A stretch of DNA of 64,000 nt from Heptranchias perlo (GCF_035084215.1 NC_090348.1:6076001-6140000), one strand, 5' to 3'; counted from the stretch's first letter, positions 12,198-25,757 are shown. Notes: generated by a model from the letters alone, not told the origin. Program-made: numbers and translations.

Positions 12198-14555
12198 TAC
12201 AGAAAGATGCAAGAACTATAGAATAGTGATAATGGGGGGCTTCAATTATCCCAATATAGACTGGGACAGTAACAGAGTAAAGGGCAAAGGGGGGGAGGAA
12301 TTTCTGAAATGTGTACCAGAGAACTTTCTTGATCAGTGTGTTTCCAGCCCAACGAGGAAGGAAGCAGTGTTGGATCTAGTTCTGGGGAACAAAGTGGGGG
12401 AGCATTTGGGGAACAGTGATCATGCTTAACTGGAGGAGGGCTAATTTCATTGAGTTAAAAAGGGATCTTGTCCTGGTGGATTGGAATCAAAAATTGGAAG
12501 GCAAAACAATAACTGAACAATGGGAGGTCTTCAAGGAGGAGTTGGTTTGGCTACAAAGTAGACACATTCCTACGAGGGGGAATGGAAGGGCATCCAAAGC
12601 TAAAGCTCCCTGAATGACTAAAAATATGAAGATTAAAATGAAAAAAAGGGAGGTTTATGACAAATGTAAGGTTCATAATACAATAGAGAACCAGGCTGAA
12701 AACAGAAAGTACAGAGGAGATCTAAAAAAGGGAATAGGAGGGTCAAAGAGAGAGTATGAAAATAGATTAGTGGATAACATAAAAGTAAACCCAAAAGTCT
12801 TTTATAAACATATAAATAGTAAAAGGATAGTCAAAGGAATGGTGGGACCGATTTGGGACAAAAAAGATCATCTTGTGGAGGCAGAGGGCATGGCTGAGCT
12901 GCTAAATGAATACTTTGCATCGGTCTTCACTAGAGAAGACGATGCTGCCATTGTAGCAGTAAAGAGGAAATATTAGTGATACTGGATAGGATAAAAATAG
13001 ATAAAAAGGAGGTACTTAAAAGATTGGCAGTATTCCTACATTATAACAGTGACTACACTTCAAAAATACTTCATTGGTTGTAAAGTGCTTTGGGACGTCC
13101 TGAGGTCGTGAAAGGCGCTATATAAATGCAAGTCTTTCTTTTCTTTTTTCAAAGTAGAAAAGTCACCCAGTCCAGATGGGATGCATCCTAGGTTACTGAG
13201 GGAAGTAAGGGTGGAAATTGCAGAGGCTCTGGCCACAATCATCCAATCCTCCTTAGATATGAGGGTGGTGCCAGAGGACTGGAGGATTGTAAATGTTACA
13301 CCCCTGTTCAAAAAAGAACAGAGGGAAAAACTTTGTAATTATAGGTCAGTCAGCTTAACGGTGGTAGGGAAACTTTTAGAGACAATAATCCGGGACAAAA
13401 TTAATTTGGAAAAATATGGACTAATAAATGAAAGTCAGTACGGATTAGTTAAAGGAAAATCGTGTTTGACTAACTTGATTGAGTTCTTTGATGAAGTAAT
13501 GGAGAGGATTGATGAGGGCAGTGCGGTTGATGTGTATATGGACTTTCAAAAGGCATTTGATAAAGTACCACATAATAAACTTGTTCGCAAAATTAAAGCC
13601 CATGGGATTAAAGGGACAGTGGCAGCTTGGATACAAAATTGGCTAAGGAACAGGAAGCAGAGAGTAGTGGTGAACGACTGTTTTTCAGACTGGAGAGAAG
13701 TATACAGTGGTGGTCCCAGGAGACAACATTAGGATCATTGCTCTTTTTGTAGTAAACAATGTGGAGGATAGGAACAGACTTCAGGAGGACATAGACTGGT
13801 GAAATGGGCAGACATATGGCAGATGAAATTTAACGCAGAGAAATGTGAAGTGATATATTTTGGTAGGAAGAATGAGGTGAGGCACTATAAACGAAATGAT
13901 ACAATTTTAACGGGTTTGGAGGAACAGAGAGACCTGATGGTGTATGTACACAAATCATTGAAGATGGCAGGACAAGTTGAGAAAGCTGTTGAGAAAGGAA
14001 GTTAAGCTAAACCTTTATAAAATGATGGTTAGGCCTCAGCTTTGATATTGTGTTCAGTTTTGGGCACCACACTTTAGGAAGGATGTCAAGACATTAGAGA
14101 GGGTGCAGAAGAGATTTACTAGAATGGTACCAGGGATGAGGGACTTCAGTTATGTGGAGAAGCTAGGGTTGTTTTCCTTAGAATAGAGGTTATGGGGAGA
14201 TTTGATGGAGGTGTTCAAAATCATGAAGGGTTTTGATAGTGTAATCAAGGAGAAACTGTTTCCAGTGGCAGAAGGGTTGGTAACCAGAGGACACAGATTT
14301 AAGGTGATCGGCAAAAGACCAGAGGCGACATGAGGAAACATTTTTTTATGCAGCGAGTTGGAATGACCTGGAATGTACTGCTTGAAAGGGTGGTGGAAGC
14401 AGATTTAATAGTAATTGTCAAAGAGGAATTGCATAAATACTTGAAGGGAAAAAAATTACAGGGGAATGGGGAAAGAGCAGGGGAATGGGACTAATTGGAT
14501 AGCTCTTCCAAAGAGCTGGCATGATGGGCCGAATGGCCTCCTGTGCTGTACCATA
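12198..14555 (+). mobile_element. 5'-truncated CR1 LINE (end of APE, RT, 3' tail), frameshifted
   Basis: IVIMGGFNYPNIDW, VVPEDWRIVNVTPLFKK, KSCLTNLIEFF, VYMDFQKAFDKVPH. Confidence 0.9.
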
Positions 14556-14689
14556 CTATGATACTTCATTGACTGTAAAGCGCTTTGGGTGTCCTGAGGT
14601 CGTGAAAGTCTTTATTTTTATGAGCTGCAATAGGTCCCAGGCTAACATGACTTGAGAAGTTGTGGGGAGCTGATAAAGGAAATATTTCT

Positions 14690-15068
14690 TCGGGGTGATC
14701 TTATAGAAGTCTATAAAATAATGAGGGGCATAGATAAGGTCGATAGTCAAAATCTTTTCCCAAAGGTAGGGGAGTCTATAACGAGGGGGCATAGATTTAA
14801 GGTGAGAGGGGAGAGATACAAAAGGGTCCAGAGGGGCAATTTTTTCACTCAAAGGGTGGTGAGTGTCTGGAACGAGCTGCCAGAGGCAGTAGTAGAGGCG
14901 GGTACAATTTTGTCTTTTAAAAAGCATTTGGACAGTTACATGGGTAAGATGGGTATAGAGGGATATGGGCCAAGTGCAGGCAATTGGGACTAGCTTAGTG
15001 GTATAAACTGGGCGACATGGACATGTTGGGCCGAAGGGCCTGTTTCCATGTTGTAAACTTCTATGATT
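14690..15068 (+). mobile_element. Young CR1 3' fragment
   Basis: RGDLIEVYKIMRG...GYGPSAGNWD* plus 3' UTR ending ttctatgatt; near-identical to 47510-47945 and 59695-60095. Confidence 0.9.
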
Positions 15069-15157
15069 CCAGTATTGCCCCCTGGTATCTCCAAAGTTGC
15101 CAAGTGCCTGGTTGTTCAATTTACTCACTGACTCTTCCTGTTTTATTTGATGCCCAG

Positions 15158-15312
15158 GTGGTTCCTTTAGCTAGTCTAATTGTGAAGGAGAGCCTAACCG
15201 ATGACGACGTCCTCAACTGTCAAAAAACTATCTACAACTTAGTAGATATGGAGAGAAAAAATGATCACTTACCCATTTCAACGGTTGGCACCAGAGGCAA
15301 AGGATCCAAAAG
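15158..15312 (+). CDS. INTS13: INTS13 coding exon: VVPLASLIVKESL...GTRGKGSK(R)
   Basis: cccag|GTG acceptor, AG|gtaaaa donor, 155 nt, phase 0 to 2. Confidence 0.95.
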
Positions 15313-15449
15313 GTAAAATGCTTCCTTAAGAATTAATTTAATTGTTAAATACAGAAGTATTGCAGTCAGTCAAAGCTTCGATGTGCATGTGCAGTGTATA
15401 AATATGGCACCTTTACTTTTGTTTTATATTTTTGTAACATGTATAAAGA

Positions 15450-15845
15450 AAGACTTGTATTTATGTAGCTCCTTATCACATTTCTCTGATGTATTCCAGT
15501 TAATTTAAAAGTGCAGCTTGTCTGACGTAGATAATGTGGTACCCATTTTGCGCACAGCAGGATCCCATAAACAGTGGTGGTGTTTTTTTGGTGGTGGTAG
15601 TTGAGGGAGGACCAAGATACTTGGCGAACTTCCTGCTCTTCGAGTAGTACCATGGGATCATTAATGTCCACCTGCACCAGTGGGACAGGGGGCATCCTTC
15701 CAAAAGACAGCATTTCAAGAATCCAGTAATCTCAGTACTGTTCTGGAACGTTTAGCCCAGTTAACATGCCCAGGTATATGGGTAAGGCTTGCACTCCCAA
15801 CCTTCTGACACCTTGATAAGAGTGCTTCTAACTGAGCCAAGCTGA
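15450..15845 (-). mobile_element. Diverged DeuSINE
   Basis: Reverse-complement Deu core (taccatgggatc...tgtccacctg) and tRNA head. Confidence 0.6.
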
Positions 15846-15954
15846 AACTCCTGTATGTGGCATATCAGCATTTCTTAGCTGAATAAAAGTCTTCAAATAT
15901 TGCTATGTTTGGGGGGTTGGGAATAGCATCAGCAGAGCTGTTGTTACAAGTGTC

Positions 15955-16167
15955 AGCCTTGGCTCAGTGGGTAGCACTCTCGCCTCCAAGTCAGAAGGTC
16001 GTGGTTTCAACTCCCACTCCGGAGACTTGACCACAAAATCTAGGCTGACACTCCAGTACTGAGGGAGGGTTGCACTGTCGGAGGTGCCGTGTTTCAGATG
16101 AGAGATTAAACCAAGGCCCCATCTGCCCTTGCAGGTGGACATGAAAGATTCTATGACACTATTCAAA
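15955..16167 (+). mobile_element. DeuSINE 5' half
   Basis: tggctcagtggg A box, ggtttcaactccc B box, Deu core. Confidence 0.75.
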
Positions 16168-16722
16168 GAGTCTTTACGAACTACAGCAAACAGAGCTCAT
16201 GACCGAAACTCTCCCGAGAGTCTCCCGATAAAGCAGGATTATCTCTCCAGCAAAATGCAGTGAGTGGAGGATAGTTACGTAATACAAATTATGTGCATAA
16301 AATCAATCCCAGTCACTTGCAGCAGGTGGTCTCTAGGTATGTTTGACGGGGGAATTACCCGATCATCTCCAATCTGGGTGGGACTTGTGGTGTCACTACA
16401 TGCAGCAGCCTTAAAAAAAAATAACCAGTTCCAAAAAATGGTAATCCCTAAAGCATTATAGAGGTAGGTAGTGCTGTTAGAAGTGGTGTTATACGCCTTG
16501 ACACAGAGTGTACCTTCAGCAGCATCTCTGGAGAGAAAGCTTGTGAAAGGCAGTGCACTTCTTTGCTGGGTTGCATATGTTGAAATCGTAAAGTGAAAAT
16601 ACACTGATAGTGAGTCATACTGCCACAGTGCACTGCCAGAATTAAATGGCAGCATTTTAATTTTATGTTGTTGTTTTTAGCCAGTAATAACTATAGTGTG
16701 TTTCTAATTCTTTCCTGTTCAG

Positions 16723-16953
16723 AGATGAACAGTACCGGATAATGTGGAACGAGTTGGAAACCCTAGTAAGAGCACACTTAAACAACTCCGAGAAGCACCA
16801 GCGCGTGCTGGAATGTCTGCTGGCTTGCCGGAGCAAGCCCCCCGAAGAGGAGGAACGCAAGAAGAGCCGGAGGAAGAGAGAAGATAAAGAAGATAAATCG
16901 GAAAAAGTAGTGAAAGATTACGAGCCTGACAAATCCTGGCAAGATTCTGAGCG
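16723..16953 (+). CDS. INTS13: INTS13 coding exon: DEQYRIMWNELETLVRAH...KSWQDSE(R)
   Basis: ttcag|A acceptor, CG|gtgagt donor, 231 nt, phase 2-2; includes the basic RKKSRRKR stretch. Confidence 0.96.
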
Positions 16954-17309
16954 GTGAGTGCAGTATCGTAAAAATAAAGAGGCCATTGGTGCCATTTAAG
17001 TACTGCTTTGCGTAAAGGAGGAGGAAAGCCTGGGGGGAGGGCACTTTTGTTTTAAAGTACTATTCTTCATTGAAGAAAATCACTCTTTTAGAAAAAAATT
17101 AATTGACGCTTTTTAAAAAGTTCCATTTTATTGCTGACGCAAAGACGTCCGAGTAGAGTGTCCTTCCTTGATTTAACCATTCCAGCTACGTCAAATAAAG
17201 GGTGTAGATTGGCCTGAGAGTAGCCCTGAAACCAGTAAACTGCCATGCAGGCTGGGAGTGCAGACTTCACACATGCACAGAATGAAGTGTTGGATAGTAC
17301 AGGGTCACT

Positions 17310-17640
17310 CATAATCTCATTGAAACATATAAAGATTATGAGGGGGCTTGACAGGGTAGATGCTGAGGGGTCGGCCATTTAGGACTGAGATGAGGAGGAA
17401 TTTCTTCACTGAGGGATGTGAATCTTTGGAATTCCCTACCCCAGAGGGCTGTGGATGCTCACATGTTGAGTATATTCAAGACTGAGATGGATAGATTTTT
17501 GGACTCTAAGGGAATCAAGGGATATGGGGATCGGGCAGGAAAGTGGAGTTGAGGTCAAAGATCAGCCATGATCTTATTGGATGGCGGAGCAGGCTTGAGG
17601 GGCCGTATGGCCTACTGCTGCTCTTATTTCTTATGTTCTT
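17310..17640 (+). mobile_element. CR1 3' fragment
   Basis: aatctcattgaaacatataaag...aatttcttcactgag...tail ttcttatgttctta. Confidence 0.75.
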
Positions 17641-17940
17641 AGCACCGATTGGCACCCATTCCCAAAAGAGTGCAGGGTGGCTGATATTGGAAAAGAAAAT
17701 GTCATGGATTTACTTTAGGGGCACTGTCCTGGAAGCTAGAACTAAGGAACCCTGCTGACAGTGAAGAAAGACCTCACATGGTATGGCTGATCGGGAGATC
17801 GCCTATGCTGGAGCTAATTGGAGAGCTGTGGTGTAGCGGACCGGGAGAGCTATGATACACTTATTGCAAAATTTCCTATGGTTTAGATGATCGGGAGGTC
17901 ACCAATGGCATAGCTAGATCTGTTATGGTATAGCTGATCT

Positions 17941-18543
17941 CGGGAGATCACCTGTGGTGTGGCTGATCGGGAGATCACCTGTGGTGTGGCTGATCGGGAG
18001 ATCACCTGTGGTGTGGCTGATCGGGAGATCACCTGTGGTGTGGCTGATCGGGAGATCACCTGTGGTGTGGCTGATCGGGAGATCACCTGTGGTGTGGCTG
18101 ATCGGGAGATCACCTGTGGTGTGGCTGATCGGGAGATCACTTGTGGTGTGGCTGATCGGGAGATCACCTGTGGTGTGGCTGATCGGGAGATCACCTGTGG
18201 TGTGGCTGATCGGGAGATCACCTGTGGTGTGGCTGATCGGGAGATCACCTGTGGTGTGGCTGATCGGGAGATCACCTGTGGTGTGGCTGATCGGGAGATC
18301 ACCTGTGGTGTGGCTGATCGGGAGATCACCTGTGGTGTGGCTGATCGGGAGATCACCTGTGGTGTGGCTGATCGGGAGATCACCTGTGGTGTGGCTGATC
18401 GGGAGATCACCTGTGGTGTGGCTGATCGGGAGATCACCTGTGGTGTGGCTGATCGGGAGATCACCTGTGGTGTGGCTGATCGGGAGATCACCTGTGGTGT
18501 GGCTGATCGGGAGATCACCTGTGGTGTGGCTGATCGGGAGATT
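17941..18543. repeat. 27-bp minisatellite, about 22 near-perfect copies (cgggagatcacctgtggtgtggctgat) with degenerate flanking copies
   Basis: Direct reading; one substitution near 18141; degenerate units extend to ~17779 and ~18625. Confidence 0.97.
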
Positions 18544-19957
18544 TCCTTTAGCGTGTCTAATGGGCTGGAGATCTATAGCAAGTTTGATGGGCTGGAGATG
18601 TCCTATAGTATGGCTGGTCGTGAGTACTTAATCCTGTCATTGAGTGCAAAGGCAAAAAGGTTGCTTTCTTCATTAAGAACGTCCCTTACCCTTATTAATG
18701 CACAAAATTTACTTACAGATAAAAACACAGCAGGATATATATACCCGGACTATTACTTACCCTTGCGCCATGCAGGAACAGCTCTTTCTGCTTTACACTG
18801 CTCTTGGCCGGTAAAGCAGAACCTCCAGGATGAGCCAAGTTCACGATTTTGACTTTGTGAATACAGAAACTGTCACGTAAACAGCCCATGTTTAAATCAG
18901 GCAATGAGTTAAATTGAGCAAATAGCGCAAACCATTTGCCATCACTGTTAGTGTCAATTACAGAGACCCTTCTTACAGTGCGTTATGTGCGCTCGGTATT
19001 TCGGGCAGACACGGGTGAGTTCGCATCTCATTAAGGTGCCGTTACCGATTACAACTCTCGGTTATGGAGCCACTCCGGGAATTCAGCTGAATGGAAGCTG
19101 GGCAAAGCTGAATGATCACTGCCGACAGCCAGTACGGAAACGAAAGTGAGGAGTTCATGGTTTTTTGCCACGTCCCGTCAGTGTGAGAATCGCACAGAAC
19201 ATTACACGATGACTGTGGTGCATATCACACCAGAGAAAAGTGCAAGCGGATCAGAATTACAGAGTTCTGAGTTCCAACAGCACCTCCCAGGTACCTGATT
19301 AATGCAGGATAGTTCAGGTATAGTTTGTGACGGGGGAGATTAATCAGTTTTAAACAGAGCACTCTGATGTATAAACTGTCCAACGCATATAGCGGACAAA
19401 TCACATTAGCGCCAATGCTCTCGCTATAAGCAGTGGGGACTGCAGTTTATTTTTGAAAAAGAGTAGTGCTGTGCAATCTAAATAGCCAACAAGAGCTCTA
19501 TACCTGCGGTACAACTCTTAGTGCACCCTAGCTCTTCCGCCATTGCATTCCTAGCCAAGAACATTGATTTCCCAGAGTCTGACAGACACAGATCAGTTCT
19601 TATGCCAGTCTGAAGTTGATCCCTCTGCTGTTTGAAATGGAACCCCTTCAGGATACTCTCTGTAATTGACATCACTGGAGCAGGTCAAGGGTGTATTGGG
19701 ATACTCTCTGTAATTGACCTCACTGTAATAGCCTACTAGAGAATAGTGCCCTATTTAAACGTGCTTGTTAGTAATAAAATTAACATTTATGGGGGAAAAA
19801 TGTGAAAAATTTCAGGGAAGTAATTTTCTTCTATAAAAAGGGGTAGTACTTCAAACAAGTTTATTCTGTCTAAACTTTCCTTTTGCTTTCCCACATGAAG
19901 TAGAACTTTGTGTCTCTAGCTCAAGGTGAGGGTTGTGACCCTCAATGTGCAGTCTGT

Positions 19958-20632
19958 CTTTTTTTCTATTCGTTCATGGGATGTGGGCGTCGCTGGCGAG
20001 TCCAGCATTTATTGCCCATCCCTAATTGCCCTTGAGAAGGCGGTGGTGAGCCGCCTTCTTGAACTGCTGCAGTCCGTGTGGTGACGGTTCTCCCACAGTG
20101 CTGTTAGGAAGAGAGTTCCAGGATTTTGACCCTGCGACGATGAAGGAACGGCGATATATTTCCAAGTCAGGATGGTGTGTGACTTGGAGGGGAACATGCA
20201 GGTGGTGGTGGTGTTCCCATGTGCCTGCTGCCCTTATCCTTCTAGGTGGTAGAGATCGCGGGTTTGAGAGGTGCTGTCGAAGAAGCCTTGGCGAGTTGCT
20301 GCAGTGCACCCTGTGGATGGTGCACACTGCAGCCACAGTGCGCCGGTGGTGAATGGAGGGAATGTTTCGGGTGGTGGATGGGGTGCCAATCAAGCAGGCT
20401 GCTTTGTCCTGGATGGTGTCGAGCTTCTTAAGTGTTGTTGGAGCTGCACTCATCCAGGCAAGTGGAGAGTATTCCATCACACTCCTGACTTGTGCCTTGT
20501 AGATGTTGGAAAGGCTTTGGGGAGTCAGGAGTTGAGTCACTCGCCACAGAATAGCCAGCCTCTGACCTGCTCTTGTAGCCACAGTATTTATATGGCTGGT
20601 CCAGTTAAGTTTATGGTCAATGGTGACCCTCA
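19958..20632 (-). mobile_element. 3' fragment of LINE family B (CR1/L2-group; ORF2 ends HHLLKGN*)
   Basis: ORF MATRAGQRL...LLKGN and tail gggcaattagggatgggcaataaatgctgg...aatagaaaaaaa. Confidence 0.9.
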
Positions 20633-21034
20633 GAATGGTGTGGTTTTAAGTGCTTTTTGCACTGCTTTACAGAAAGACCAGTGCTATACATGGCCGTAAC
20701 CAAACTTTACTTGTTGGACCGAGACACTGCTCACTTAGTATTTCTACCACTTGTAGATTTTAAAATTTGTTTTAATATACTTTTCTTTAAAAGGAATTGC
20801 TGGATGTGCTTTTATTGGAAAGCCTAGAAGGACAGGGATAGCTTTCTTCCTCCCTCATTGTTATGGTCGATCTCTCTTCAGTAAAGGAAATTAGTCGTGC
20901 TGTATTGATTTTACTTTTCTCTTTGCTCCCTCACTCCCACTGGTCTCCGTAAGCTATGGCACTATCGTGAGCAGGCAGATAACCTCCTTCAACATATTCA
21001 CTAGCGCCAGTGTGACCTGCATGACACGTCGAGG

Positions 21035-22490
21035 GCGCCATAGCCTAGTGGTTATAATACTGGAGCAATAACCCAGAAGACATGGGTTTAAAACTTACTA
21101 TGGCATGTTGTGAAATTGAATTTAATAAATCTAGTAATTAATGGGCTGGCATTAGAAAAAATGACAATGAAGCTGCTGTTTTGTTGTAAAGACCCAACTG
21201 GTTGACTTGATATCCTTCAGGGAAGGGAAACTTCCACCCCTACATGGTCTGGCCTGCACGTGACTCCAGTCAATTGAAGTCAATGGGAATCAGGGGGAAA
21301 ACTCTCCAGTGGCTGGAGTCATACCTAGCACAAAGGAAGATGTTAGTGGTTGTTGGAGGCCAATCATCTCAGCCCCAGGACATTGCTGCAGGAGTTCCTC
21401 AAGGCAGTGTCCTAGGCCCAACCATCTTCAGCTGCTTCATCAATGACCTTCCCTTCATCATAAGGTCAGAAATGGGGATGTTCGCAGATGATTGCACAGT
21501 GTTCCGTTCCATTCGCAACCCCTCAAATAATGAAGCAGTCTGAGCCCGCATGCAGCAAGACCCCGGACAACATCTAGGCTTGGGCTGATAAGTGGCAAGT
21601 AACATTGGTGCCAGACAAGTGCCAGGCAATGACCATCTCCAACCAGGGAGAGTCTAACCACCTCCCCTTGACATTCAACGGCATTACCATCGCCGAATCC
21701 CCCACCATCAACATCTTGGGGGTCACCATTGACTAGAAACTTAACTGGACCAGCCATATAAATACTGTGGCTACAAGAGCAGGTCAGAGGCTGGGTATTC
21801 TGCGGCGAGTGACTCACCTCCTGACTCTCCAAAGCCTTTCCACCATCTACAAGGCACAAGTCAGGAGTGTGATGGAATACTCTCCACTTGCCTGGATGAG
21901 TGCAGCTCCAACAACACTCAAGAACCTCGACACCATCCAGGACAAAGCAGCCTGCTTGATTGGCACCCCATCCACTACTCTAAACATTCACTCCCTTCAC
22001 CACCGGCGCACAGTGGCTGCAGTGTGTACCATCCACAGGGTGCACTGCAGCAACTCGCCAAGGCTTCTTCGACAGCACCTCTCAAACCCGCGACCTCTAC
22101 CACCTAGAAGGACAAGAGCAGCAGGTACATGGGAACAACACCACCTGCACGTTCCCCTCCAAGTCACACACCATCCCGACTTGGAAATATATCACCGTTC
22201 CTTCATCGTCGCTGGGTCAAAATCCTGGAACTCCCTTCCTAACACCACTGTGGGTGAACCTTCACCACATGGACTGCAGTGGTTCAAGAAGGCGGCTCAC
22301 CACCACCTTCTCAAGGGCAATTAGAGATGGGCAATGAATGCTGGCCTCGCCAGCGACGCCCACATCCCATCAACGAATAGTAAAAAAAAAAGTCCCATAC
22401 TATGTGTTTGACTCTTAATGGCCTCACAGCAACTAGAAATGGGAAATAAATGCTGCCTTGTTGGTGTCACCCACATCCTAAGAAAAATAT
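21035..22490 (+). mobile_element. tRNA-headed SINE (21035-21270 and 22391-22490) interrupted by a 5'-truncated LINE family B copy (21271-22390)
   Basis: RT motifs [10 protein letters not shown] and MFADDCTV, poly-A end; the SINE body resumes after the poly-A, with agtc at both junctions. Confidence 0.85.
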
Positions 22491-22749
22491 TAAAAACTTA
22501 CGGATGATGCACTCCCTGTTATCTTGATGGAGGAGAGATGGACCCACAATCTCTGCTCAGCCCTTCCCCGCAGCAACATTGGAGTTTGACCCAGCACCAA
22601 CTGCTATAGCGTAACTTGATGGTGCTCCGAAATGCTGCACCCCTTTGTTTGAAGTTTGGTTTCATGTCAACGTGAGTTATCTTGTGAATGTGAACATGAT
22701 TTGATGCTATCTGTCACAAATGATGGACATTTGGAACTTGTATCTAAAG

Positions 22750-22889
22750 GCTAAAAGGAGCACAGGAACGGGAAAAGGAGGAGTTGGCTGAAGCTGAGAT
22801 AATCAAAGACTCTCCCGACTCCCCTGAGCCACTGAACAAAAAACCCCGGGTCAGCATAGGTGAAATACAGCCTCTTGAAAAGGTTAAAG
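22750..22889 (+). CDS. INTS13: INTS13 coding exon: LKGAQEREKEELAEAEIIKDSPDSPEPLNKKPR...EKVK(G)
   Basis: Not in the ORF track; read directly. aaag|G acceptor, G|gtgagt donor, 140 nt, phase 2 to 1; EELAEAEIIKDSPDSPEP matches INTS13. Confidence 0.93.
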
Positions 22890-24534
22890 GTGAGTTATGT
22901 TGGTGCTGCTAGGTATCTATTATCCTATGTTATATACAGCGTGTGCTCAAAGCAGTATATTAACGTGTTTCAAAATGTCTTCTGAACCTGTGACACCCCA
23001 CTGGTATATATAAAAAAAAGCCCTATAAATTTGTTATTTATAATAAACCTTTTGGGGCATTGCAAGCGGTGGGAAAGTAGGGGGGGTGGACTTAGAATGT
23101 GTGTAGCCTTATGAGGAAGCGATGTTAGAGGGTGTGGGATGATGGGACCAGGGTGCGTAATTCACTCTCCATGTGAAAGTCATACCTTTTCTTATTTTTA
23201 TACAAGACTTTAACTATAGATAACAATATAAAATGAAATAGTGAAACTTACAGCAAATTGGAAAGCAGAGAAGTAGCGTTGTTTGGAGCGTAGGCGTTTC
23301 TCTGCAGTACGGGCGGAGGAGCTGGGAGAGGCACAACTGACACGCTATAGCGCCACTACTGGCGGGAGGATGTAATCATCAGCTGACAAGTTCAGATAGG
23401 TAATTTCTGTTACAAAGTGGACAGCAATTTATAATGGAAAAAGATTGACACACAAGTGTGACAAAAACGTGACAGTAGGAAGTAAGGTTTTGTAACAGGA
23501 CGTAAGAATAATATAGAGACGACAGTAAAAAGGGTTTCTGGCAATTTGTGATGTATTGAACGTAAATTGGGCTCAGGTGACAACGACCAATTGACGTGAG
23601 AAAAATGTATTTGTGCTACAAGTCTCAGAGAGTAAAGCACCTGAAGTAATAAAGCTTCACTACACTGCTATATGCTGATCTGTCACTTGTAACAGGGAGC
23701 TGTTAATATTTATATTAACTATTTTAATAAAACAGCCTTAATTATCCTGTAACAAAACCAAAATAACTAGTGGAGACATTATATGGCAGGGATTATCTCT
23801 TTCTTTCTATCTTTCGTTTGTTCTCTATCTTGTTTTCTCTCTCTTTCTCCCCACCCCCACAGACAGAAATAAGATGAAAGCCCAATTAATTGTTTTGTTT
23901 TGGGTAATTTTTGATTTGTATATGTACAGCTGTATATTTTTGAAGATGGAAACTCTAATAGTCCTAGAAAGGTTGCTTCACTGTGATTGTCATGGTAGAT
24001 ATTACTTCTAAGATTTCTCAGCTGTTTGGTATTTTGACGGCATCGCATATTAAAATAGACTGTTTGATTTTTGAACTATATCAGTATTTTACAAGAAATT
24101 GGTGTTTTCAGAGATTTTTGTAGTGGGCATGCAGCTTGTTGTGAGTTTGTGAAGGCTTTAGGGATGCTTAGAAACATGTCTTTCCTGTAGCACCTATGAC
24201 TGGGAATGCTTGATATTGGTCAGAGTCCTTTGGTGCAATATCTGCAGCCATATGGCCAGAACATCATATCAAGTAACTATGCTGCACCGATATTTGGGAG
24301 GACACTGAAATCGGGTACTTGTATAGTAATAAATGACAATTACTTTTTTTTTTAAAAGAGTAACCGCAGGTGGTATATTTCTTTTAAACTTCCGGCAGTG
24401 ATTCCTTTTGTCTTCTTTCTGGCATGTAGTGTTCGAGAATACAAATTGCAGTATTTGCTCATCCTTGGTTCTCAATTATTGGCTGCTGTATTTAAAGAAA
24501 ATATTGAGATTCATAAACCATGTTACAGGCTGAG

Positions 24535-24800
24535 AACAGCAACTTGCATTTATATAGAGCCCTTTAACCTACAACAAAATCCCAAAGCACTTCACAGAGG
24601 AAGAAAAAAATTAACGTTGAGCCAAAGCATGAGACATTAGGAGGGGTGACCAAAAAATTTGGCTGAAGAGTTGGGTTTTTAGGAGGGTCAAGGAGGAGAT
24701 GGAGAAGCGGAAGAATTGAAGGGGGGAATTTCAGAGCGTGAGATCTACGCAGTTGAAGACATGGCTGCCGATGGGGAAGCAAAGGCTGGGGATGCATAAG
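24535..24800 (-). mobile_element. L2-type LINE 3' end (tail shared with DeuSINEs)
   Basis: aacttgcatttatatagagcc...ggtgaccaaaa; a similar piece lies at 40960-41135. Confidence 0.55.
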
Positions 24801-25757
24801 TGAAATGGGAATAGCGCTTAGTGGTGCTGTGGAAAACTGAAATGTCACCATGTTGCTGTCAGGTGATTGCCTGGAAGATGGAATTTAGGCAGGCTTCTGA
24901 TCAAGATAAAGGGAGATTGGGATTCGTGGTCAGTGGTGAATTGTAGATGGTCCTGTACTGCGGAACAGTGCAGCATGGGAATCCTAGGCACCATGGGATG
25001 CTGGGGGGAGTGACTAAGAATTTAGAACTTTTTTGATTTACCAAAGTTTACTATCCTTTTTAAAGATGCAATTAAAATCAGTCTTGTCAATTTTCCAAAT
25101 GTGCCTCCTTTTGCTGCATAGAAAGTTTATCATGAGGGAGGAGAGCAACAACATAGTAAAGGGGAAAATAACAAATAAATGGAAACAGTGAAAATAAAAA
25201 ACGCCAAGGTGGAGAATCCAACTCTCTGTTCAACCCTCTTTTCACATGCAGTATATTATTGGTCTCTGTTTTCAGGTTTTATTGATTCTGTGCTTACACA
25301 AATATCCAGAAATTTCATGGCCCAAAAGGTGGAATTCTGTGGCAGAAAATCCTGAAATGTCGGCAGTCAGCACAGCTGTGTTCTCTACAGAAATTCACAA
25401 AGAGTTAACAGTATGACACGTACTGAAAGTGACATCTACAGCTAGATACAATGGCTGGGAGCATCTGTCACTAAATCTGATTTCATGCAAAATGTCTGTA
25501 ACTATGCAAGTTTTTTTTGTAGTGGAGTTTAGTGTTTTCTTCGCTGAATCCATGCAAACATGGGGAAATTCTGAAGTATAGCTGCTGAGATTGAAATTAA
25601 TTGGAGGAGTTTGCAGAATATGAGGGACCCTGATTTTAGGCCATGCCATGTATTAGATGTTTATAGATGGGGAGAGGAAGCTGTCGTACATTTTTACTGT
25701 CGTATTGTTTTACATGGGCACTGACTTTGTTTCCCGTTCTGTCCCAACAATCTCCAG

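Noticed and set aside
17883-18852. Three long repetitive ORFs (ADREITCGV, VWLIGRSPV, ISRSATPQV repeats) and a CRISPR-like appearance
   Set aside because: Artefact of a 27-bp (multiple of 3) minisatellite inside an intron; there are no unique spacers, so it is not CRISPR.
23349-23366. CTCF-like motif (ccgccagtagtggcgcta on the - strand)
   Set aside because: One base short of the CCASYAGRKGGCRS core spacing; not supportable without ChIP data.
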